Source of the DNA: Candidatus Omnitrophota bacterium
GTDB taxonomy: Bacteria > Omnitrophota > Gorgyraeia > JAZDFF01
Length of the DNA: 64,000 nucleotides
Direction: 5' to 3'
Assembly (NCBI GenBank): GCA_043808095.1
Contig: JAZDFF010000031.1
Location: 101,073 to 165,072 of the forward strand
The notes under the pieces are model-generated. The model searched no databases. It had not been told where the DNA came from and saw nothing but the letters and a program-made list of their open reading frames with translations. A program made the translations under genes and the position numbers. Each line of letters starts with the position of its first letter. Positions within the stretch are counted from its first letter, which is position 1. Of this stretch, positions 19,336-28,229 are shown in pieces.

Positions 19336-19623
19336 ATGTTTAACCACCAGGCACGTTGGGATAGGCCCATGCCTTATGACCAGGCGGGTTCTTTAAATGA
19401 GAAGATCTGCGTATTGGCGCTATTTAAGAATGGAAAAATTTATCCTAAGGTTTTTTATTGGAAAAGTAAACCATATCGGATAAAAAATATAACTTATAGC
19501 TGGCAGGTAAGACTAGGGGAAGATATTGTTAGTTACTTTTCCGTAGATGCTGAAAGCGGATTATATGAAATATCCTTTAGCAGCAGGAATTTTTCCTGGG
19601 GGTTAAATAAAATAAATTTGTAA
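19336..19623 (+). CDS. hypothetical protein co-transcribed with lexA
   Basis: 95-aa ORF 8 nt downstream of lexA. No recognisable domain. Confidence 0.35.
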   Translation: MFNHQARWDRPMPYDQAGSLNEKICVLALFKNGKIYPKVFYWKSKPYRIKNITYSWQVRLGEDIVSYFSVDAESGLYEISFSSRNFSWGLNKINL

Positions 19624-19685
19624 AAATATTAATTTGAGTTATAATAATTTATAAAAGAAATGAATAATTAAAGGGAGGGCTTTTT

Positions 19686-20531
19686 ATGGACTTCTTAAAA
19701 GCAATCGGAAAACCTGACGCAATGTTTATTTTATATAGCGTCCTTATTATACCGGGGTTTCTCATCATCATAGGTTTATTGATCTCGGTTTTTAGACAAC
19801 AGGCTAAGTTAACAAAGGATAATATTGCAGATTTAGAAAGGTTAAATAAAAATAACCAGGATCTTCTAAATGAAAAACAGAGATACGAGGCCAGGATTAA
19901 AGAGTTTCAGAATAATCTAAACAAGTCTGCGACAGAGGCCAAAGAAAATGAAAGGATAGCCAATAATCTAAATGATAACTACCAAAAGCTAAAATCTGAA
20001 TTTAGTCAGCTGAAGATTGATTTAGAAAAGAGCCAAAAAACTAACACCGAGGAATTCAAGGCAAGGCAGGAATTGCAGAGGACAAAAGAAATTCTCGAAA
20101 AACAAATCCAGGAATTACAGGGTAAATGCCAAGCCAGGCAAGATGAATTAGATAATCTGGCCAAAGAATTATCCCTGGAGAAGGCAGAGTCTAAGAAACT
20201 AAGAGAAAGAAACCAGCAATTAGAGGCTCAGTCTAAGGTTAAAGAAGTCATCCCTGAAAAAAAGATTGAGCCTCCGCCAAAACCGCAGGAAGAGCCCCCT
20301 AAAGAAGCAATAAAACCTCCCGCGCCTAAAATGCCTGAGGAGGTAATTGAAAAAAAGGAGCCTCCTAAAGAAGCTATAACCCCGCCAGCACCGCAGGTCC
20401 CCAAAGAAAAACCTGTTGATAAAGAAACTTCGCCTGGCAAGCCTTCCAAAATACCCGAGGGCAAAACCATGGAAGAGATAGCCAGAGAATTATCCGCAAA
20501 AGAGCACGATAAAGAGAAAGACAATAAATAA
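19686..20531 (+). CDS. membrane-anchored coiled-coil protein with Pro/Lys/Glu-rich repeat tail
   Basis: TM helix, long heptad coiled coil, then PPKPQEEPPKEAIKPPAPK repeats. Confidence 0.45.
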   Translation: MDFLKAIGKPDAMFILYSVLIIPGFLIIIGLLISVFRQQAKLTKDNIADLERLNKNNQDLLNEKQRYEARIKEFQNNLNKSATEAKENERIANNLNDNYQKLKSEFSQLKIDLEKSQKTNTEEFKARQELQRTKEILEKQIQELQGKCQARQDELDNLAKELSLEKAESKKLRERNQQLEAQSKVKEVIPEKKIEPPPKPQEEPPKEAIKPPAPKMPEEVIEKKEPPKEAITPPAPQVPKEKPVDKETSPGKPSKIPEGKTMEEIARELSAKEHDKEKDNK

Positions 20532-20542
20532 GCACCTGACTC

Positions 20543-20896
20543 ATGGAGAAAAAAATAGCAGTACTTATTGTAGATGATGAGAAAGATATCTGTAATAGTT
20601 TCAAAAATTACCTGGAAAAAAGAGAAATTATTGTAGATATTGCCCTTGATGGGGACAGGGCCAAGGACTTAATAACTACAAAGACCTACGACTATATCTT
20701 TTTTGATTTTAACCTTCCCGGCATACCCGGTATAGAACTTCCTGGCATCATCAAAACGCACAATCCTAATGCTAAAAAATTCATGATTACCGGCTATGAC
20801 CTGGTGACGGATAAATTTCCCCAGTACTTAGAGCTCGATGGCATGTTCAGAAAGCCGTTAAGCCTTGAAGATCTGTACAAGGTGATAGAAAAATAG
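20543..20896 (+). CDS. stand-alone response-regulator receiver (CheY-like) domain
   Basis: VLIVDDEKD, a phospho-acceptor Asp in IFFDFNLP, and a …K… pattern. Confidence 0.6.
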   Translation: MEKKIAVLIVDDEKDICNSFKNYLEKREIIVDIALDGDRAKDLITTKTYDYIFFDFNLPGIPGIELPGIIKTHNPNAKKFMITGYDLVTDKFPQYLELDGMFRKPLSLEDLYKVIEK

Positions 20897-20904
20897 ATTA
20901 GATA

Positions 20905-20937
20905 ATAAGGGCCCTTTTGAGACCCTTATTTTTTTAT
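20905..20937 (+). terminator. putative Rho-independent terminator (hairpin TAAGGG…CCCTTA + T8)
   Basis: ataagggcccttttgagacccttattttttt immediately after the receiver gene stop. Confidence 0.4.
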
Positions 20938-20944
20938 CTTTCTA

Positions 20945-20962
20945 ACCACACAAATGTGTGGT
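20945..20962 (+). promoter_or_regulatory. candidate LexA operator ACCACACAAATGTGTGGT upstream of dinB (perfect 7-4-7 palindrome)
   Basis: Perfect inverted repeat ACCACAC-AAAT-GTGTGGT, followed by a TACTAAT -10-like hexamer, ~30 nt before the probable dinB start. Confidence 0.55.
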
Positions 20963-20989
20963 ACTAATCCCAAAAGAAAAAACGCCAAA

Positions 20990-22150
20990 ATGATAATGCA
21001 TATTGATATGGATGCCTTCTTTGCCTCTGTTGAACAGGCAGTCAACCCTAGATTAAAGGGCAGGCCCCTGATAGTAGGGGCCCGTCAGAATAAAAACTAT
21101 ACTGTTGTCTGTGCGGCGAGTTATGAAGCCAAGGCCTATGGTGTTGACTCCGGCATGCCCACAAAAGAGGCCTTCAGGCTATGCCCGCAGGCGCTATTTA
21201 TAGCCGCAGATACCCATAAATACATATATACCTCAGAGCGCATTCTTAGGTTTTTAGAGGACTACGGATTAGCCCTAGAATACGCCTCCGTGGATGAGTT
21301 TAGGATGGATCTTGAGGGCATTGATCAGGCCAGACAAAAGGCCCTGGCCCATGAGATTAAAGAAAGGATAAAAGAGGGCTTTTGGGGGATTACCTGCAGC
21401 ATAGGCATAGCTAAAAACTGTCTCCTGGCAAAGCTGGCCTCTAAGGTCAATAAGCCAAACGGCCTGTCAATTTTAACCGAAGAAAACCTGGCTGATGTCC
21501 TGGTAAATTTACCGGCAGGAAAACTCTGCGGGGTTGGGCCAAGGACCCGGGAAATCTTAGCCTACTTAGGGATAAATACCTGCCTGGATTTATGGCATAC
21601 CCCGGAAGAGATTTTAACCCGTTATCTAGGACAGGCAGGCCTCGATCTTTATACCAATTTACATCGCTTAGAAACCCTGGGGTTTAGCCGGGAAAAATTA
21701 CCGCCAAAATCCATAGGGCATTCCTATACTTTACTAAGAGCAATCCAGGATCCTGAACAAATAAATAGTTGGTTAAGGATTTTGGCGGAAATGGTGGCAT
21801 TTCGCTTAAGAGAGGCTGATTTAGAGGCCAAAACTACCTGTATCTGGCTAAACCTAGTTGATAAAAAGGCCATTTTTAATAGCCAAAAGACCTATAATTT
21901 AGCCACCAATGATGGCTATGAAGTCTGGCTAAGGACCCGGCAAATAATGGCTAAAATCAGGCATCCTAGGCCTAAAATCAGGGCATTGGGAGTGACTTGC
22001 TCAGGCCTAAATACCCCCCAAATAAAGCCCCTTTTTAAGGAGATGCAGAATAGGGAGGACCTGCTTAAAAGCACAGATTTAATTAATAGAAAATATGGGC
22101 AGTGGTCCATTTATCCTGCCAGCCTACAGACTACCAGAAAACACCTGTAA
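20990..22150 (+). CDS. dinB: DNA polymerase IV (Y-family)
   Basis: MIMHIDMDAFFASVEQ N-terminus. The ORF-track start at 20954 lies inside the palindrome; the ATG at 20990 is more plausible. Confidence 0.85.
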   Translation: MIMHIDMDAFFASVEQAVNPRLKGRPLIVGARQNKNYTVVCAASYEAKAYGVDSGMPTKEAFRLCPQALFIAADTHKYIYTSERILRFLEDYGLALEYASVDEFRMDLEGIDQARQKALAHEIKERIKEGFWGITCSIGIAKNCLLAKLASKVNKPNGLSILTEENLADVLVNLPAGKLCGVGPRTREILAYLGINTCLDLWHTPEEILTRYLGQAGLDLYTNLHRLETLGFSREKLPPKSIGHSYTLLRAIQDPEQINSWLRILAEMVAFRLREADLEAKTTCIWLNLVDKKAIFNSQKTYNLATNDGYEVWLRTRQIMAKIRHPRPKIRALGVTCSGLNTPQIKPLFKEMQNREDLLKSTDLINRKYGQWSIYPASLQTTRKHL

Positions 22151-22403
22151 TTCCTGCCTAAAATAAGCCCAAGAGAATAAAAGTAAGTCCAAGTAAGCAC
22201 TAACCGGGTTTTCCACAGCTTATTATTGAATTTACCTAATTACTTATAAAACAAAGGGTTATTCAGGATATCTTAAATATACTGAAGTTAACATAAGATA
22301 TATTATAGGAAGTAAGCATATATTCAAATTCAACCTATTTTGGGTTTATAAAGACTAATTAATTGCGGATTATTCGAGAAATCTACGAGAAAGTTTGGTC
22401 AAT

Positions 22404-22742
22404 TTAACCTTGTTTGATTGGAGATTTTGATGGATTTTGGCGGGAATTCAATATGTATTGGCCTCCCTGAATCTTTATTATTTTACCTGTCACTAGGGCC
22501 TCTGCTGTCAGGCTACGCGCCCTTTTAAGGATCCGGCTGAAGGTCTGCTGTGAGACACCCATTGACTTAGCCGCCTCTTTCTGTTTCTGGCCTAAAAAAT
22601 CAGCCAATCTTAAGGTCTCAAACTCGTCAATTTTAAGCTCAATTTCATCAGGCCTTCCGGGCTTTCCTCTGGGGCTAAAAAGGCTAATTTTGGGGCTGTT
22701 TTTTACTAGTCTATATTTTGTAGGCCGCCCGCGAGGTCGCAT
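22404..22742 (-). CDS. DUF134/UPF0251-family predicted DNA-binding protein
   Basis: MRPRGRPTKYR N-terminus, and a sigma-70-region-4-like HTH (…AAKSMGVSQQTFSRILKRAR). Confidence 0.5.
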   Translation of the reverse strand: MRPRGRPTKYRLVKNSPKISLFSPRGKPGRPDEIELKIDEFETLRLADFLGQKQKEAAKSMGVSQQTFSRILKRARSLTAEALVTGKIIKIQGGQYILNSRQNPSKSPIKQG

Positions 22743-22785
22743 TTAGTAGAAAAAATTTGGTTAGGTACTTAATTAAACCCCGTAT

Positions 22786-22811
22786 TTATTATGAGTGTAT
22801 ACTCATAATAA
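22786..22811 (+). promoter_or_regulatory. perfect 11-bp inverted repeat TTATTATGAGT-GTAT-ACTCATAATAA in DUF134 promoter region
   Basis: The palindrome lies 44 nt upstream of the DUF134 start codon (minus strand). Possible autoregulatory operator. Confidence 0.35.
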
Positions 22812-22819
22812 TCTATACT

Positions 22820-23194
22820 TTAATCCAAGTCAAAATCAGACATCTGGAGTCTTTTCCTCAACTTCTTTTTTTCGGAATGGTGTTTCTTTTCTTCAAAGAT
22901 ATGCTCGCGGATAGCCACTGGCTTAGCTGTGGAAACCCTTTTCTTTGGCCTCTTGTTTAACTGTTTAAGTTTGATTATTAACCTGCGAAAAGCCAGGTCC
23001 AGGTTTTGAGTCTGGAGCCGCATTTCAGTGGCTACAACGGTGAGACCTGAGGGTATATGGTGAAGCCTGACTGCGGTCTCTCTCTTATTCTTGCGCTGGC
23101 CTCCAGGGCCAGAGCTCTTGTAAAAGATGACCTTGGTCTCTTTTTCCAGGCTTTTAAGGTCAGTTTTAAAGATTGGACTAACACCCTGTTTCAT
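22820..23194 (-). CDS. arfB: alternative ribosome-rescue factor ArfB (peptidyl-tRNA hydrolase, RF-1 domain)
   Basis: SGPGGQ (GGQ) motif, a basic C-terminal tail, and a 124-aa length. Confidence 0.75.
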   Translation of the reverse strand: MKQGVSPIFKTDLKSLEKETKVIFYKSSGPGGQRKNKRETAVRLHHIPSGLTVVATEMRLQTQNLDLAFRRLIIKLKQLNKRPKKRVSTAKPVAIREHIFEEKKHHSEKKKLRKRLQMSDFDLD

Positions 23195-23209
23195 AGGTTA
23201 ATTAAGGGC

Positions 23210-23608
23210 CTATTCCAGGGCCTTAATAATGCTGTCGTTATTGTCAGATTTTAAGATAATCGGACAGGCGCAAGGACCTGTGCAGGCAGTGCCGTAGCAA
23301 TAGCTGAGATTGGCGTTTTGGGTTTTGAGTTTATTAGAAATGTTAGCTAAGACCCCTGGCCTATTTTCAATCTCAACCAAAACTACCTCCTCTTCTTTTA
23401 TCGGCCATCCTTTAGCTTGAAGCGCTTGTTTTGCCTTATCATTATCCTGGGTAACTAGGTAAAATATCGCCTCTCCTTTCATCACATAGGCACAAATAGC
23501 CTCAATATTGACTCCCTGGACCGCCAAGACCCCGGTTACTTCTGCCAGCATCCCGGGTTTATCCGGGGTAGTTAAGATTAATTGCCTTAGCTTCTTTACA
23601 TTAGACAT
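23210..23608 (-). CDS. ACT-domain protein
   Basis: MSNVKKLRQLILTTPDKPGMLAEVTGVLA… ACT pattern. AGGAGG sits before the ATG at 23608. The ORF-track extension to 23719 runs into a repeat element. Confidence 0.55.
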   Translation of the reverse strand: MSNVKKLRQLILTTPDKPGMLAEVTGVLAVQGVNIEAICAYVMKGEAIFYLVTQDNDKAKQALQAKGWPIKEEEVVLVEIENRPGVLANISNKLKTQNANLSYCYGTACTGPCACPIILKSDNNDSIIKALE

Positions 23609-23668
23609 AAGCCCTCCTTTTAATGACCCCTGCCGTTTTGCTGCGCTTTTGCTCAGCAAAACGAAGCA

Positions 23669-23865
23669 GCAGGGGGAATTAATCCCGAAGCTTAATCCTA
23701 AAGGATAGACCTTACCCATACCTATTAGGGAAGGGTCTAACCAAAAATTATCGAACCCTCTGGAATTTCACTTCGTGAAATTCCAGAGGACTAAAGTCCC
23801 GGGAATTCTCTGAATTCCTCGGGGGAGAATTTTTGCAAGTTTTAAGCGAGGGATCTTTTAATTAG
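23669..23865 (+). repeat. MITE-like structured repeat, family B copy 1 (TIR ATCCCGAAGCTTAA … TTAAGCGAGGGAT; hairpins GGAATTTCAC-TTCG-TGAAATTCC, GGACTAAAGTCC)
   Basis: Near-identical to 35909..36045 except for a ~40-nt internal insertion. Homologous to family A with compensatory stem changes. Confidence 0.6.
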
Positions 23866-23889
23866 CACGTAACTTACGTTTGCCTCACC

Positions 23890-23965
23890 GGCCCTTAGGA
23901 ATTTTACATTGTAAAATTCCAAGGACTGAGTCCCGGAAATTCTCCGAATTTCTCGGAGCAGGTAG
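23890..23965 (+). repeat. MITE-like structured repeat, family A copy 2 (directly abutting family B copy)
   Basis: ccggcccttaggaattttacattgtaaaattccaaggactgagtcccggaaattctccgaatttctcgg matches 1321..1400 with 4 substitutions. Confidence 0.6.
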
Positions 23966-24057
23966 GTTCGCTAAGTTGCGGTTTCATTTATTCTATCACT
24001 TTAATGAATATATTCAAGAAAGAGTTGATAATTTTTTCTGATTGGGCTTTTCGTATC

Positions 24058-25686
24058 TTACGATTCGGTTTGCAGAATATTGATTAAAGCGGGGATAATA
24101 GCAGGGTCAAATTGTTTTCCGGAGTTTAGTTTAAGTTCCTCAATGGCTTCCCCAAGAGTAAGTTTCCTTATTCTATATGGCCGCTCAGAGGTCATGGCAT
24201 CAAAGGCATCGGCACAGGAGACAATTCTTGCGCATAGAGGTATTTCTGCTTTCTTTAGCCTATCCGGATAACCATTTCCGTCGAATCTCTCATGGTGATG
24301 TTTTACCAAGGGCAGACACGGCTCCAGGAATTTTAGGGGCTCAAGCATCTCTGCGCCTTTTAAAGGATGAAGTTCAATAATTGCCCTTTCGGCTAAAGTT
24401 AATCTGCCGGGTTTATTTAAGATTAAATCAGAGATACCGATTTTACCTACGTCGTGTACTCTGCCGCCAAACTGTAAGACATCAATCTGCTCTTGCGGTA
24501 TCCTTAACTTCGTGGCAATCTTAATGGCATATTGAGTAACCCTTTCGGAATGGCCCCTGTTATAAGGGTCTCTTGCTTCCATGGCTAGGACCAGGGAATG
24601 TATAGTGTTAAAATAATTAATGTGGACATCGCGGTATAGCTGTGCCTCATGGATAGCTACTGCTGCCTGATTAGCAAATGTCATAATCAGCTTTATCTCG
24701 TTTTCATTGAAATGACGCGGCGTCTTAGAATATACCGTGATGACCCCCAGGACATCTTCTTTAAATATGGTAGGCACGGATAGGGCCGAAACTACCCCAA
24801 CTTTACTGGCAAATCCTCCATATCTTGTCCTTGAATCTTTAGTAACATCAAAGACCGAAAGAGGTTTACCAAGCTGGGCAACTTTGCCTGCTATCCCTTC
24901 GCCGACCTTAAGCGGAGTCTCATTCAGATAATTTTTTCCTAAACCAGTGCTATATTCAGGAATGAGGTTCTTGCCATCAATGCTGATGAGTCGTAAAGCA
25001 CAGGCGTCGGCATTCATAATCTTAGCAGTCAGTTTGACTATTAAACACAGGGTATTTTTTAAATTTGAACAGGAGCTAATGTTCTGGCTAATTTTGGCCA
25101 CATCATCTAATTCCCGTTTTGCAAATCCAAATTCTTTGTAAAGATTTTTACACCTTTCCTCTAATCGAGAATTGAGCTTTTTTACATTTGTAGATATTCT
25201 CTTAAGATCATTTATATCGACCTGGAGTATTCTATTGGCTCTGAGGAGGTTAGAGCACATATTCTTTAATTTATTAATAAGCCTGATCCTTCGGGATTCT
25301 TCTGATTTACTTTCGGTAATATCCTGGACTAATTCCAGTGCCTGGCTAACCTTGCCGCCACCGTTTTTGACTGGTACAACCGTAAGAAGATAAGTCCTCT
25401 TCTCATTCTTGGTAGTGAACCCTGGCTGGATTGCCCTTTGCATCTTCCCGGTTTCAAAAACCTTTTTAGTAGGGCATCTTGGGCAGACCTTTTTTCTTTT
25501 TTGATAGACCTCGTAACAGTGACAACCTATTGTTTTTCCGTTTCCGCCAAACCAATCTGTCTGACAAGAATTGGCCCAGACAATACGCATCTTCCGGTCA
25601 ACCAAAGACAAGCCGGCGCCGATAACATTAACCAGTCCGTTAATTACCTTCTTTGAAGGTGTTTTTATTTTTTTTGAGTCCGGCAT
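24058..25686 (-). CDS. PAS/GAF-domain HD-GYP phosphodiesterase
   Basis: N-terminal sensor region with a CxxC…CxxC cluster, a central GAF, and C-terminal HD…HHHERFDGNGYP. Confidence 0.7.
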   Translation of the reverse strand: MPDSKKIKTPSKKVINGLVNVIGAGLSLVDRKMRIVWANSCQTDWFGGNGKTIGCHCYEVYQKRKKVCPRCPTKKVFETGKMQRAIQPGFTTKNEKRTYLLTVVPVKNGGGKVSQALELVQDITESKSEESRRIRLINKLKNMCSNLLRANRILQVDINDLKRISTNVKKLNSRLEERCKNLYKEFGFAKRELDDVAKISQNISSCSNLKNTLCLIVKLTAKIMNADACALRLISIDGKNLIPEYSTGLGKNYLNETPLKVGEGIAGKVAQLGKPLSVFDVTKDSRTRYGGFASKVGVVSALSVPTIFKEDVLGVITVYSKTPRHFNENEIKLIMTFANQAAVAIHEAQLYRDVHINYFNTIHSLVLAMEARDPYNRGHSERVTQYAIKIATKLRIPQEQIDVLQFGGRVHDVGKIGISDLILNKPGRLTLAERAIIELHPLKGAEMLEPLKFLEPCLPLVKHHHERFDGNGYPDRLKKAEIPLCARIVSCADAFDAMTSERPYRIRKLTLGEAIEELKLNSGKQFDPAIIPALINILQTES

Positions 25687-25740
25687 TGGGCTCCTCTAAA
25701 CCCCATTAGATATTTGCTATCTAACGGGGTAAATAAAAAT

Positions 25741-25760
25741 GCCAAGTTTAACAACTTGGC
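25741..25760 (-). terminator. hairpin GCCAAGTT-TAACA-ACTTGGC followed (minus strand) by ATTTTTATTT; terminator or 5'-leader attenuator
   Basis: Perfect 8-bp stem. The T-rich tract is on the minus-strand side. Confidence 0.35.
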
Positions 25761-26002
25761 AATAGGTCACGAATAAAATTAGGCCCGTACTCATGATGGT
25801 CACGTCCTTTTTTTCTTCTGACCCGTGGCTTACTATCCTCTATTACTATAAATATAACCTATAATATGATTGTTTGTCAATCTAAAAGGTAAAATTTTTT
25901 AATTTTTTGCATTTAAGTTATTTAAAATCAGGCAGATAGGCAAAGGATTTGCGTTAAAAGGCTGGATTGATATAACTTATTATCTTGGAAAGAGTTAGAA
26001 GA

Positions 26003-26314
26003 TTAGGCCTTAAAAAACTGTTTAGCCTTGAGGCGGTCTTGGCAGAGTTTGAAGTCCTTTAGTTCGATAAAGGTGACTTGGGGGTTATGTTCAAGAATTT
26101 TTTTTAAAACAAATACTGGCAGGCCATCTTGTCTACGACTGGCAACATACTTAAAATCAGTCCTACAGTTTGGGCAGAATGAACTCTTTAAAAACTCAAT
26201 GCCTATTTGACGGCATTTATTACAATCTCCGGTTAGATCCCCGATAATTAACAAGTGGTTGGCAATTTCCTCTAAATCCAGATTTTGCCAGGTGCGGATA
26301 TAGGCTGTATGCAT
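26003..26314 (-). CDS. hypothetical protein with CxxC…CxxC zinc-ribbon
   Basis: 103-aa ORF containing GDCNKC…FCPNC. Confidence 0.35.
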   Translation of the reverse strand: MHTAYIRTWQNLDLEEIANHLLIIGDLTGDCNKCRQIGIEFLKSSFCPNCRTDFKYVASRRQDGLPVFVLKKILEHNPQVTFIELKDFKLCQDRLKAKQFFKA

Positions 26315-26399
26315 AAATTAAATAAATGCATGATTCCAGTGATTAAAATATAGATTCCAGAGATTATTTATCTCGGATGAATCACTATAATCAAGGTAA

Positions 26400-26645
26400 C
26401 CATTATTTTATCCGCCTTCGCGCAGCCGCCTTTGGCGAGCCTCGCCTTTGGCGGGAAAACCCCAGGTGTGAACCTGGGGATGAATGCGTGCAATTAGCGC
26501 TACGGCGAGATGTCGCCATTACGTGTTGAAGGCCCGCGGCTTCGCCGCGAGGCGAGCGGACCTCGACGAAGCGAAGCGTAGGCGGGTTTTTCAGGTACCA
26601 CGGCTGCTCGCCTCGCTCGACGCGAGTCGAAGCGGGTAAAGCCGT
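26400..26645. repeat. GC-rich hairpin-dense intergenic island (CCCCAGG-TGTGAA-CCTGGGG, GGCGA-GATG-TCGCC, CGCCTTTGGCG x2)
   Basis: ~245 nt of GC-rich sequence, visibly higher than the window background, made almost entirely of short perfect hairpins. It shares the CCGCCTTCGC motif with islands at 32993 and 48423. Confidence 0.5.
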
Positions 26646-26663
26646 GGGGCTCCATTTACGTTG

Positions 26664-27062
26664 CTATACCTTATATACCAGGTCCCTTCTTCTAACCCTT
26701 GAATTTACTAAAAGACCGATTTCATCGCCTTTCTTGGCTTTTTGGATTGGTGCTCGGTTTATCTGCAAGGAGGTAACCGTCTGTTTAAAATCTGTAGTAT
26801 GGCCTTTGATATGCAGGGTATCACCCAGGCCAATCGTTCCTTTAGTAACCTTAATCACGCCGGCCTTTACTTGCGGAAAGTAATGTATTATCTTGCCCAC
26901 TAAGTCCTCGCCAGGTATAGCCAAGCTCGTCTTTTTTATTTGTCTGGCAACCTTCTTCCTGGCCTTAGGTCTAGTCCTTTTAGAGGGACGCTTGGTCTTT
27001 TTAAGTATCCTCTTTTTGACCGCCTTCTTTTTGACTCTTTTTTTAACCTTCTTCTTTCTCAT
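26664..27062 (-). CDS. small protein: Lys-rich N-terminus + EF-Tu domain-II-like beta-barrel (hypothetical)
   Basis: MRKKKVKKRVKKKAVKK… then IGKIIHYFPQVKAGVIKVTKGTIGLGDTLHIKG…GDEIGLLV resembling translation-factor domain 2. Confidence 0.4.
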   Translation of the reverse strand: MRKKKVKKRVKKKAVKKRILKKTKRPSKRTRPKARKKVARQIKKTSLAIPGEDLVGKIIHYFPQVKAGVIKVTKGTIGLGDTLHIKGHTTDFKQTVTSLQINRAPIQKAKKGDEIGLLVNSRVRRRDLVYKV

Positions 27063-27153
27063 CTGCCCATCCCTCCCAGAGATTAATTCTTATAGGGCGT
27101 CACAAAAGTGTCGCCCTTGGCTGGAACGTGTTTTGTGACAGCCTAATTAATTC

Positions 27154-28218
27154 CTAGTCTATTTTAATTACTGAATCAAGCTCACCAAAAGGATTCTTTA
27201 TTTTCTTCGGGTTCTTGGGATCCTCAAGCCAGGTTCCGTCTACGACAAAACGGTAACGATACTCGCCGGGTTTTAAGGCAATATCCTTTTTCCACATGCC
27301 GTCTTTTCTATCAAGGAGACTCGAATTGTCTCTTGCCCAATTGTTGAACTCACCGGCTAGATAAACCGCCTTTGCATCAGGGGCAGTTAAAGCAAATGTT
27401 GCCTTAATAAATTTCTTCATCTCGGGTTTAATTGCTTCATGGATTGTTCTAGAAGACGCTGTTTCCTTTGATATTATTTCGCGGGCCAGGCTGAAATAAT
27501 CCTTGCTACCCCGGCTATATTTATCAAAATCAATGACGGAGCGTCCCTGTGACTGGCATTCTCTCAATTTTACATTGATATGTATCATGGTGCTAAAAAG
27601 CTTATCTTTAAAATTTCGTTTAACCGTATCAAGGATCCTGAAAGAATGTCTAAGGCGGGAGTCAAACATGGTAACCAGTACGCGCAAATCGACTGAGTGG
27701 TTAAGCCTTTCTTTAATTAAATTGATTATCTCAATCAGCCTACTTAGTCCTTCAACAGAAAAATAGCTTGCCTCAACCGGGATAAAAATCTCTTTGGATG
27801 CCCTTATCGCATTTACGGTTAATAGGCCCAGGTTAGGCGGGCAGTCAATAATGATATAATCGTAGGTGGTAGGTAAGGTTAAAAGCGCGTCCCAAAGACG
27901 AGATTCCCGGCTAATCTGGTCAGCAAGCTCCTGTTCAATAGTGCCCAATAGGATATTTGACGGTATCAAATCCAGGTTTTTATCAAGTTTTAATATTGCA
28001 TCTTCAATTTTCATTTTTTTGTTGCTTAAACTGGAAAGGACATCATAAAGGCTTTTATCGGAATTGACATTAAGCCCGATTGTTGCGTGGGCCTGAGGGT
28101 CAAAATCTATTAGAAGGGTCTTTTTGTCATTTGCCGCTAATGCAGCAGATAAATTTATAGCTGTTGTGGTTTTACCGCAACCACCCTTTTGATTGGCTAT
28201 TGCTATAACACGCATCAT
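27154..28218 (-). CDS. ParA/MinD-family P-loop ATPase fused to C-terminal AMPK-beta-type glycogen-binding domain (CBM48)
   Basis: Deviant Walker A KGGCGKTT at the N-terminus. The C-terminal 80 aa (AVYLAGEFNNWARDN…YRYRFVVDGTWLEDPKNP) match the AMPK1_CBM pattern VYLSGSFNNW…YKFFVDGQWTHDP. Confidence 0.7.
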   Translation of the reverse strand: MMRVIAIANQKGGCGKTTTAINLSAALAANDKKTLLIDFDPQAHATIGLNVNSDKSLYDVLSSLSNKKMKIEDAILKLDKNLDLIPSNILLGTIEQELADQISRESRLWDALLTLPTTYDYIIIDCPPNLGLLTVNAIRASKEIFIPVEASYFSVEGLSRLIEIINLIKERLNHSVDLRVLVTMFDSRLRHSFRILDTVKRNFKDKLFSTMIHINVKLRECQSQGRSVIDFDKYSRGSKDYFSLAREIISKETASSRTIHEAIKPEMKKFIKATFALTAPDAKAVYLAGEFNNWARDNSSLLDRKDGMWKKDIALKPGEYRYRFVVDGTWLEDPKNPKKIKNPFGELDSVIKID

Positions 28219-28229
28219 TACACCTCCAA

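Noticed and set aside
20954-20989. ATG at 20954 as the dinB start (MCGTNPKRKNAK…)
   Set aside because: This ATG lies inside the candidate LexA-box palindrome and adds a non-conserved basic peptide. The canonical DinB N-terminus MIMHIDMDAFFASVE begins at 20990.
22151-22403. AT-rich 250-nt gap after dinB as a possible small gene or ncRNA
   Set aside because: There is no ORF above 40 codons with an SD, no conserved hairpins, and the composition is simple AT-rich. It looks like ordinary spacer/promoter DNA.
23609-23719. 5' extensions of the ORF-track entries for the ACT (23609..23719), MFS (48256..48429) and RecO (52947..53099) genes
   Set aside because: In each case the extension reads through a MITE/GC-rich repeat element, and an internal ATG with a proper SD (ACT) or a canonical protein N-terminus (MFSSFKIRDF; MAIQKTEAIVLK) is available.
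26644-27138. plus-strand ORFs 26644..26883 and 26893..27138
   Set aside because: They are antisense to the Lys-rich EF-Tu-domain-like gene, are Leu/Phe-rich artefacts of a poly-Lys (AAR) coding strand, and have no independent support.
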